DNA of 63,989 nt, counting the filler, from an uncultured bacterium (lineage in GTDB: Bacteria; CAYJOG01): assembly GCA_964371695.1 (NCBI GenBank). It is 22 parts of 22 records of this genome, joined end to end, with 100 filler letters (N's around TTAATTAATTAA, not from the genome) between each part and the next. Parts side by side here need not be neighbours in the genome. Positions count along the whole stretch, not along the records: positions 55,827 to 58,600 come from CAYJOG010000461.1; positions 58,701 to 61,474 come from CAYJOG010000462.1; positions 61,575 to 63,989 come from CAYJOG010000514.1; 19 more parts are not named here. The stretch is one strand, 5' to 3'. Within the stretch, counting starts at the first letter, position 1. The number at the start of each line of letters is the position of its first letter. The position numbers were made by a program, and so were the translations under genes. Under the pieces are notes generated by a model. The model saw only the letters and a list, made by a program, of their open reading frames with translations. It was not told where the DNA came from and made no database searches. Shown in pieces: positions 56,660 to 63,989 of this stretch.

Positions 56660-58456
56660 ATGTCCTCTGCCCTTACCACCCGGGGAGAAGCTTCCTGGGG
56701 TTCAAAAATCGCTTACGTCTCTGCGTCCACGGCCAGCGGCGCATTTCACATGATCCTCACCGCCATGGTGATGATCTATTACAGCCCCCCCGGCGGTCAG
56801 GGGCGAGACGAACTGCTGCCCATCGTGGTCACCAGCACGGTGCTGGGCGTCGGCAAGATTCTGGACGCCTTTGCCGACCCCGTGGTGGCGTATCTGAGCG
56901 ACCGCACCCGCTCGCGCCTGGGGCGGCGCATTCCGTGGATCATCGCGGGCATACTGCCGCTGGGCATCTTTTTCATGGGGTTGTGGTATGTCCCCCCTGC
57001 GCTGCGCCACAGCGGCGCCAAGGTGATTCCCCAGCTTTCGCGCACCGACATGAAAATGTGCCAGACCCATATCAAGGGCCTGCGGGGCAAGGGAGAAGTT
57101 CCTGTCAGTGGCTGGTTTGACAAAGCACAGAGCGAGCCGTGGTTTGATAAATGCCAGCACCTGGCTGACCAGACCCAGAAAAAAGACGCCCGCAGCGCCT
57201 GCATGCGCGAAATGGAGCGCCTGAAGTCCAAGGTGAAAGGCACCAAACAGGACTGGCAAAAACTGGTGGGCGAGGACAGCCGCTGCACGTCCTATGGCAA
57301 GGGTTGTCCGCTGTTTCCCAAAGATCAGGAAGTGCCCGGCGCTGGCGAGGGCCACGGCGGCAAGGGGGGGGTGCTGGGCAGTTTCTTTCGCCAGTTTGGC
57401 CAGCACTGGAAGGTGGCCGTGTGGCTGATGCTGATGAGCTCCGGGTTCTGGCTCTCCTACACCGTGGTGTTTGTGCCCCATCTGGCCCTGATGCCCGTCA
57501 TTGCGCGCACCGACAAAAGCCGCATGGCGGTGAACTTGCTGCTGGCGATTTTCAACATTCTGGGCGTGCTGCTGCTGCAACAGATTTTGAGGGGCATTTT
57601 CACCAACGTGCTGAGCTTCCCCGACATGAGCCTGCCCTATTTCGCCACCGTGGCCCTGGTGGCCATGGTGCTGATTGCGCTTACGCCCCTGTTTGTGCGC
57701 GAGCCGCTGGATGAATACACCGAAGAGGAACATTACGGCCTGTGGGAGTCGTTCAAATGGTCCTTCCTCAACCGGGCGTTCATCATTTATTCCGTCAGCA
57801 CCCTGTTTTTGATGGTGGGCTTCACGGCGGTGCTGAGTTCCATTGAATATGTCGTACCGCTGCTCCTTCACCGCGAGGCGGCCAAGGAAATGACCAAGGT
57901 CTACGCCCTCATCATCGGCTCGGTCATGCTCAGTTTTGGCGTCATGGTGAAAATGGCGGGCACGGTGGATAAAAAACTGATTTATGGTGTGTCGCTGTTC
58001 GCCATGGCTGCCGTGATGCCGCTGTTGTACCTGCTGGGTGAACCCACCATTTTTGGCATGCCCACCATCTACTTCGCCTATGGCGTTTTCTTTTTCATCG
58101 GTGTGCCCGTGGCGGGCGTGATGAGCCTGCAAAACACCGTGCTGGCCGACATCATTGACGAAGACGAAATCAAAACCGGCCTGCGCCGCGAGGCCATGTT
58201 CTTTGGCTCCGAGGGACTCATCCGCAAAGGCACCGCCGCCATTGTGCCGCTCATGATGGGCAAGCTGTTTGAGGCCTACGGTTATTGCCATCCCACGGCC
58301 AGCAGCAACATGGGGGTGCGCTACTTGGGCCCCACCACGGCGTTTTTTGTGCTGATCGGTGCGGTGGCGTTTGTGTTTTACCCCATCCGCGAGCGGGAAC
58401 TGCGGGAAAAACGCATGAAATATCTGGCCGCCAAGGCAAGTTCAGAGAAACCATAA
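56660..58456 (+). CDS. MFS transporter of the glycoside-pentoside-hexuronide (MelB-like) family with an inserted Cys-rich loop
   Basis: DAFADPVVAYLSDRTRSRLGRRIPW, LADIIDEDE.KTG.RREAMFFG. Confidence 0.9.
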   Translation: MSSALTTRGEASWGSKIAYVSASTASGAFHMILTAMVMIYYSPPGGQGRDELLPIVVTSTVLGVGKILDAFADPVVAYLSDRTRSRLGRRIPWIIAGILPLGIFFMGLWYVPPALRHSGAKVIPQLSRTDMKMCQTHIKGLRGKGEVPVSGWFDKAQSEPWFDKCQHLADQTQKKDARSACMREMERLKSKVKGTKQDWQKLVGEDSRCTSYGKGCPLFPKDQEVPGAGEGHGGKGGVLGSFFRQFGQHWKVAVWLMLMSSGFWLSYTVVFVPHLALMPVIARTDKSRMAVNLLLAIFNILGVLLLQQILRGIFTNVLSFPDMSLPYFATVALVAMVLIALTPLFVREPLDEYTEEEHYGLWESFKWSFLNRAFIIYSVSTLFLMVGFTAVLSSIEYVVPLLLHREAAKEMTKVYALIIGSVMLSFGVMVKMAGTVDKKLIYGVSLFAMAAVMPLLYLLGEPTIFGMPTIYFAYGVFFFIGVPVAGVMSLQNTVLADIIDEDEIKTGLRREAMFFGSEGLIRKGTAAIVPLMMGKLFEAYGYCHPTASSNMGVRYLGPTTAFFVLIGAVAFVFYPIRERELREKRMKYLAAKASSEKP

Positions 58457-58774
58457 GCGCATCCCTTTTTCTCTCTGGTGGCGCGGGCATCCTTGCCCAT
58501 AGCTGCGAACTTTTGGTGACAAAGCAGGGTTTTACGCGCTTCACAGGAGTAGGCGCGACGCCCCCGTCGCGCAACAACCAAAGCAAAATCAAGGGTTTTT
58601 NNNNNNNNNNNNNNNNNNNNNNNNNNNNNNNNNNNNNNNNNNNNTTAATTAATTAANNNNNNNNNNNNNNNNNNNNNNNNNNNNNNNNNNNNNNNNNNNN
58701 CGAACAAACCTTTATCTTTTTGGCTCCCGAACGCCGTTATAATGGCCCCCAATAAACCCTCGGAGTCGCCTGCC

Positions 58775-58996
58775 ATGCTGGACAATCAAACACTGGAAAT
58801 GCTTAAGTTTTATAACGCCGGACTGGAGTTTTACCGCAAGCGGGAATGGGATGAGGCCATTGCAGAGTTCAAAAAAGCCTTGGAAATCACCCCCGATGAC
58901 GGCCCCAGCAAACTGTATGTGGAACGCTGCCAGCACGCCAAAGAGGACCCCTCTCTGGTGAGCGAAGACGGCGTGTTTGAATGGAAAACCAAGTAA
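58775..58996 (+). CDS. Small TPR protein resembling the C-terminal tail of class III adenylate cyclases
   Basis: YNAGLEFYRKREWDEA..F..AL..PDDGPSKLYVERC..DGVFEWKTK; GGAG RBS and upstream TATAAT. Confidence 0.75.
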   Translation: MLDNQTLEMLKFYNAGLEFYRKREWDEAIAEFKKALEITPDDGPSKLYVERCQHAKEDPSLVSEDGVFEWKTK

Positions 58997-59060
58997 CCGC
59001 GCTCACGCGCAATTTACCTACATAGAAAGGGAATCTCTTTTTTCGAGTGAAACAACCGTC

Positions 59061-59576
59061 GTGAACTGGCTGGATTTTGTCATTGTGGGTGTGATCGTCA
59101 CCGTGGTGGTGGTGGAGTACAAACGCAAACTCATTCAGGGGGCCGCCGCTGGTGTGTGCGCCTGGGTGGGGTTGAACTTTGCACTGCAGAACTTCCAGAC
59201 GATGGCCCCCAAAATGGGCGCTGTCCTGTCTTTTCTCGGCAATCCCTCAACCGCTTTTGCGGCGCTTTTCTGGGGAATTTTTCTGGCCGGTGTGCTGGGG
59301 GGCGCGTTTGTGTACCTCACCACCCGCATGGAACCCGCCGGAGATGCAATGGAACCGACCCTGGGCGCTATTTTTGGCCTTGTGTCGGGCGTCCAGATCA
59401 TCCGGTTTTTTTTGGTCTACCAGGTTCTTTTCAACCCAACCTCTAATTTTCAGAAGGTTGCGCAGGCTTCGGCCACTTACCAGTTCATCTACGAACTCCC
59501 GTTCCTGGGTGACATGGCCAAGTCCACCGAACAACTGCGCGACCCCACCAAAATCAAGGGTTCGGGAGGTTTCTAG
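59061..59576 (+). CDS. CvpA family membrane protein
   Basis: MNWLDFVIV start, four TM helices, LGAIFGLVSG. Confidence 0.75.
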   Translation: MNWLDFVIVGVIVTVVVVEYKRKLIQGAAAGVCAWVGLNFALQNFQTMAPKMGAVLSFLGNPSTAFAALFWGIFLAGVLGGAFVYLTTRMEPAGDAMEPTLGAIFGLVSGVQIIRFFLVYQVLFNPTSNFQKVAQASATYQFIYELPFLGDMAKSTEQLRDPTKIKGSGGF

Positions 59577-59618
59577 CCAGCAGATTCCCCTCCACATTTC
59601 ATTTCTCAAGGAGGGGCC

Positions 59619-60722
59619 ATGAGCAAGCCCACGACCAAAGCGGAGGAAAACACCTCCGCCCCCCCCGCCAAGGCGGCCACCGCCGCCAAGGCTCCCAACG
59701 AAGAAAAAATCAAGGCCCTGAAAGCGGCCTTTTCGTCTATTGAACGGGCGTTTGGCAAAAACGCCGTGGTGCGCCTGGGTGACCGGCCCACCGGACTGAA
59801 TTTTGAAGTAATCCCCTCTGGCTGCCTGAGTCTGGACCTCGCCATGGGCGTGGGGGGGTTTCCCCGTGGCCGTGTGGTGGAAGTGTTCGGCCCGGAATCG
59901 GGCGGTAAAACCACCATCGCCCTGCATGCGGTGGCCCAGGCCCAGGCCATGGGGGGCATCGCGGCTTTTATTGACGCCGAACACGCCCTGGACCCTTCCT
60001 ATGCCCAAAAGCTGGGCGTGGACATCGAAAACCTGGTGGTGAGCCAGCCCGACACCGGCGAGCAGGCCCTGGAAATCGCCGAACAACTGGTGCGCAGCGG
60101 CGCCATTGACGTGGTGGTGATCGACTCGGTGGCCGCCCTGGTGCCCCGGGCCGAACTGGAAGGCGACATGGGCGACGCCCACATGGGCCTTCAGGCCCGC
60201 CTCATGAGTCAGGCCCTGCGCAAACTCACCCCCGCCGTGAGCAAACACAACACCCTCGTCATTTTCATCAACCAGATCCGCGAAAAAATCGGCGTGCTCT
60301 ATGGCAGCCCCGAAACCACCACCGGCGGCCGGGCGCTGAAGTTCTACGCCTCGGTGCGGCTGGACATCCGGCGCATTGACAACATCCGCGAAGGCGGCGA
60401 AGTGGTGGGTGTGCGCACACGGGTCAAGGTGGTCAAAAACAAGGTCGCCCCGCCGTTCCGCAAGGCGGAGTTCGACATCATCTACGGCGTCGGCATCAGC
60501 CGCGAGGGCGACGTGCTGGACGTGGCCATTGAAACAGGCATCGTGGAACGGGCCGGCTCATGGTTCAGCTATGGCGGCGAACGCCTGGGCCAAGGCCGCG
60601 ACAAGGTGCTGGCGGAACTGAAAACCGACCCGGCCACCATGGCGAAAATCGAGGCAGAAGTACGGGAAAAGCTGAAGAAAAACGAGCTTCCTCCCCTTCC
60701 TGTCGCACCAAGAGAGGACTGA
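59619..60722 (+). CDS. recA: Recombinase RecA
   Basis: [32 protein letters not shown]. Confidence 0.99.
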   Translation: MSKPTTKAEENTSAPPAKAATAAKAPNEEKIKALKAAFSSIERAFGKNAVVRLGDRPTGLNFEVIPSGCLSLDLAMGVGGFPRGRVVEVFGPESGGKTTIALHAVAQAQAMGGIAAFIDAEHALDPSYAQKLGVDIENLVVSQPDTGEQALEIAEQLVRSGAIDVVVIDSVAALVPRAELEGDMGDAHMGLQARLMSQALRKLTPAVSKHNTLVIFINQIREKIGVLYGSPETTTGGRALKFYASVRLDIRRIDNIREGGEVVGVRTRVKVVKNKVAPPFRKAEFDIIYGVGISREGDVLDVAIETGIVERAGSWFSYGGERLGQGRDKVLAELKTDPATMAKIEAEVREKLKKNELPPLPVAPRED

Positions 60723-60729
60723 GAAAATT

Positions 60730-61474
60730 ATGGAATTCATTCTGCCATTGGCCATGCTGGCCGTGGGGGTGGCGGCAGGCGCGTTCGTGGGCCTGCTCAG
60801 CGCCCGCGGCACACAAACCGGCAAAGTCGAGGAACTGCGCACCCAGCACGAACAGCAACTGGAAGCCGTGCGGGCCGAACTCGACAAAATGCACAAGGAC
60901 ACCCTGGCCACCTTGCGCCGAGACCACCAAAAGGCCCGCGAAAAGCTGGACAAAGACTCCCGCACCCGCAAGCTGGACATGCAAACCCAGGAAAAACGCC
61001 TCCAGAAACTGGAACAGGATCTGGAAAAACGCACCCAGCAGATCAACAACCTGGAGCGCGACCTGCGCAGGCGCGAAGACAAACTGACACAGGACGAACG
61101 GCGGCTTGAAGACGCCCTGATCACCGAACAGAAAAAACTTGAAGAAGTGGGCAAACTCACCGCCGAAGAAGCCAAGGCCGAACTCTTGAGCCGCATTCAG
61201 CGCGATGTCGAAGAAGAAGCCCAGCGGCTGGTGGCCAGCATTGAGAAAAAAGCCCGCGAAGAGGGCGACGCCAAGGCCCGCGAAATCGTCACCTTTGCCG
61301 TGCAGAAGGTGGCCGTGGGCGAGGTGCTGGACAACACCATCAGCGTGGTGGCCCTGCCGAGCGACGACATCAAGGGGCGCATCATTGGCCGCGAGGGCCG
61401 CAATATCCGCACCTTTGAAATGCTGGCGGGCGTGGACGTGATTGTGGACGACACCCCCGAAGCGGTGATCGTGT
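60730..61474 (+). CDS. rny: Ribonuclease Y (3' truncated)
   Basis: N-terminal TM, coiled coil, KH domain [20 protein letters not shown]; follows recA. Confidence 0.95.
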
Positions 61475-61757
61475 NNNNNNNNNNNNNNNNNNNNNNNNNN
61501 NNNNNNNNNNNNNNNNNNTTAATTAATTAANNNNNNNNNNNNNNNNNNNNNNNNNNNNNNNNNNNNNNNNNNNNTTTGCTCAACCCTCGGCTGCCCTCTC
61601 CCTCAGGGAGAGGGCAAGAAAAAATACTCTTATTGCATCCACGTCTACTCCAAAAATGCTCTAAATGAAGTCGGATACCGGAGGCTGGAAGCTGGAAAAA
61701 GAAAAGAACCCAATCGCTCATGCCCCCCCTTGCAGCCCTGTCATACCCCACAAAACG

Positions 61758-61944
61758 CCGTCATTCCCGCGAGAGCGGCAATCCAGTTCAAGCCAGTAAA
61801 CACCCAACCATTTTCATTGTTCTTTTGGTGGCGCAGGCATCCTGCCTGCGTTTTTTATAGATGAAGGCAGGCAAGATGCCTGCCCCACCAGAACTGGTTT
61901 TTGGCTGATGTTTTACTGGATTCCCGCTTTCGAGGGAATGACGG
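61758..61944. repeat. Nested element: outer dRS3-like inverted pair enclosing an inner GTGG REP pair
   Basis: CGTCATTCCCGCGAGAGCGGCAATCCAG ... GTGGCGCAGGCATCCTGCC..GGCAAGATGCCTGCCCCAC ... CTGGATTCCCGCTTTCGAGGGAATGACG; halves also at 14819, 16200 and 21200-21296. Confidence 0.82.
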
Positions 61945-62023
61945 TGGAGCGGCACAGGACTTTTTCTTATTACAGCTTCCGACCTCCGACTTCCAATCTC
62001 CAGCCTCCCGGCTCCCCCCCTGT

Positions 62024-62617
62024 CTATTTCTGAAACCGACTGCCGGGGGCGGTGACGGGAATGGCCGCCAGTTCCGGGGGAAGCTGGTCTTCGGGCCAGG
62101 CCTGGGCGCTCACCTCGGCCAGACAGGTGTAGGGCAGATTCAGGTCGGCAAAGGGGTTGCTGTGGCCGCTGCGGTTGATGATGCTGGCCACACCCGCCAC
62201 GACAGCCCCCTGCTCTTTCATCACGGCCATCACCTCGCGGGTGCTTTTGCCCGTGGTGATCACGTCCTCCACAATCAGCACCGGCGCGCCCGGCTCCAGG
62301 GCAAAACCCCGGCGCAGCAACATGGCGCCGTCTTTGCGCTCCGTGAAAATGTGCGGCAGGGCCAGGGCGCGGGCCACCTCGTGGCCAATGATGACGCCCC
62401 CCAGCGCCGGGCTCACCACCACCGCCGCCTTCACGCCCGATGCGTCCAGCCGGGCCGAGAGGGCCTGGGCCAGCCGGGCCGCCACCGGGGGGAACATCAG
62501 CACCCTGGCGCATTGCAGGTAGGTGTCCGAATGCAGGCCGCTGGAGAGCCGGAAATGGCCCTTGAGCAGCGCGCCGTGCTCCAGAAAGAGGTCCAGAACG
62601 TCTTCACCGGTCAACAT
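62024..62617 (-). CDS. pyrE: Orotate phosphoribosyltransferase
   Basis: GHFRLSSGLHS..YLQCA, IVEDVITTGKS. Confidence 0.96.
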   Translation of the reverse strand: MLTGEDVLDLFLEHGALLKGHFRLSSGLHSDTYLQCARVLMFPPVAARLAQALSARLDASGVKAAVVVSPALGGVIIGHEVARALALPHIFTERKDGAMLLRRGFALEPGAPVLIVEDVITTGKSTREVMAVMKEQGAVVAGVASIINRSGHSNPFADLNLPYTCLAEVSAQAWPEDQLPPELAAIPVTAPGSRFQK

Positions 62618-62630
62618 GGCGGGATCTTAG

Positions 62631-62779
62631 CAGGTTGTTGAGAAAGCCCCTCCTGGCCTTTCTCAACCCATTTTGCTCAGGCAAAGCCATCGCAAAATGG
62701 CGCTTTTATTGGGGTTTTAAAAACCCCAATAAGCGGAAAATCCATCCATGGATTTTTCAGGGTGTTTATCAACACCCTG
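62631..62779 (+). mobile_element. 149-nt MITE (four-helix family) with terminal inverted repeats and a TTAG duplication
   Basis: TTAG|CAGGTTGTTGAGAAA...TTTATCAACACCCTG|TTAG. Confidence 0.85.
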
Positions 62780-62920
62780 TTAGCAGCCCCGGAACAACAC
62801 CTGCGAAGCCTTGGCCCCGCCCGGTTGACTCAAACCGCCACAAAAGGATAATTCATCATCCCGCCGGGCTGCTCTTGAATATGGTGTCGTCTGGCGTGTG
62901 CGCCACCAGGAGGATCAAGC

Positions 62921-63820
62921 ATGAAACTGTCCAACGAACTCAGGGGTCTGCCCATCGTGTCCATCGCCGAGGGCGAAGAAGTGGGCTTGGTGAAGGACTT
63001 CATCTTTGATCCCGGCAAAAACGCCGTGGTGGGCATGGTGGTGGAGGACCGGGCTTGGTTCAAAGGGGCCAAGGCCATTCGCTTTGGCCGCATCCACAAC
63101 ATCGGCGATTACGCCGTGACGGTGGAGAACACCAGCGCCGTGGTGTCTCTGGAAACTGAAGAAGAGTTCATCGGCCTGCTGGAGCGGGCCATCACCATCG
63201 TGGGCAGCAAGGTCATCACCAAGGGCGGCCGCATGATCGGTTTCATCCGCGAGTTCAGCATTGACCCCCACACCGGTCAGGTGACGGGTTTTGAACTGGC
63301 CGAGGACCTGCACCTCAAACCCCAGAGCCGCAAGCTCATCATTCCGCAGGATCAGGTGATAACCGTGGGCCGCGACGTGTTGGTGGTGACCGACGACGTG
63401 GAAAGTTTTCTGGTGGAGGACTTCAACAACGTGTCCGCCACGGGCTCCCGCCCCGCCGCGGCCTCTCGCCCCGCCGCTGCCCCCGCCGCTGCAGCGGACC
63501 CCAGCCCTCATCCGCTGCTGAGCGGCCTGGGCGAACCCTCTGAAGACGACGTGGCCGTGAGCAAGGAACTGGCCCAGGAAATGTCGCAGGCCATGTCTCC
63601 CACCGAAGAGAAAAAGGGCGGCGCCAGCATGCTGGACGTGTTCAAAAAGCGCCAGATTTCCTACCTCAAGGGTAAAAAGGTGTCCAAGGACATCGAAACC
63701 GAGGGCGGCGACGTGCTGATCCGCGAGGGTGAACTGATTGACGACGAAGTGATCAACCGGGCCGACAGCGCGGGCAAGTTCATGGAGCTGTCCATGTCCG
63801 TGGCCGTGGATGAAGACTGA
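62921..63820 (+). CDS. Tandem PRC-barrel domain protein
   Basis: LRGLPIVSI.EG.EVG.VKD and VITKGG..IG.I.E..ID..TG barrels, Ala/Pro linker, C-terminal YLKGKKV domain. Confidence 0.85.
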   Translation: MKLSNELRGLPIVSIAEGEEVGLVKDFIFDPGKNAVVGMVVEDRAWFKGAKAIRFGRIHNIGDYAVTVENTSAVVSLETEEEFIGLLERAITIVGSKVITKGGRMIGFIREFSIDPHTGQVTGFELAEDLHLKPQSRKLIIPQDQVITVGRDVLVVTDDVESFLVEDFNNVSATGSRPAAASRPAAAPAAAADPSPHPLLSGLGEPSEDDVAVSKELAQEMSQAMSPTEEKKGGASMLDVFKKRQISYLKGKKVSKDIETEGGDVLIREGELIDDEVINRADSAGKFMELSMSVAVDED

Positions 63821-63850
63821 GCCAACGGTTCATTCGATCTGAAATCATGA

Positions 63851-63989
63851 GTAGGTGCGGTGTGGACACCGCACTGGTGGTGTGGCGACGGGGACGTCGC
63901 CTCTACTCATTTTTAGAGCATTTTCGGAGTAGACGTGGACGCAATAAGCGCTTTTTTTCTTGCCCTCTCCCTGAGGGAGAGGGCAGCCG
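63851..63989 (+). repeat. GTAG REP pair followed by a TAGAGC-ended MITE
   Basis: GTAGGTGCGGTGTGGACACCGCAC..GCGACGGGGACGTCGCCTCTAC, then TAGAGCATTTTCGGAGTAGACGTGGAC..CCCTCTCCCTGAGGGAGAGGG. Confidence 0.82.

Overview
This window is not one locus. It is 22 short (~2.4-2.9 kb) contigs of a GC-rich bacterial draft or metagenome-assembled genome, joined by 100-nt N/TTAATTAATTAA spacers, so gene neighbourhood is only meaningful within a contig. Most content is housekeeping: gap, atpA/G/D, etfB/A, rpoC, the rplB-rpsQ part of the S10 operon, pyrF, pyrE, aroB, aspartokinase, recA-rny, tldD/pmbA, glyQ, a Cu-ATPase, three tRNAs, and envelope and polysaccharide enzymes. I saw no CRISPR array, prophage, transposase or rRNA. 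Points of interest: (1) a dispersed intergenic element whose 8 copies (plus 2 reduced ones) diverge strongly in sequence but keep the same four-helix fold with compensatory changes and ANGGA-type loops on one strand; (2) a two-gene ExbB/MotA-like plus ExbD/MotB-like pair with unusual architecture, where a surface 'stalk' domain is fused to the channel subunit and the partner carries a coiled coil; (3) lineage-specific insertions in RNA polymerase beta' (rim helices), ribosomal protein S3 and an MFS transporter; (4) a chimeric Ig-repeat surface protein; (5) nested REP/MITE families that coincide with many contig breaks. A GH125-like gene missed by the ORF track runs off the left edge. All product calls come from motif recognition by eye, with no database searches.
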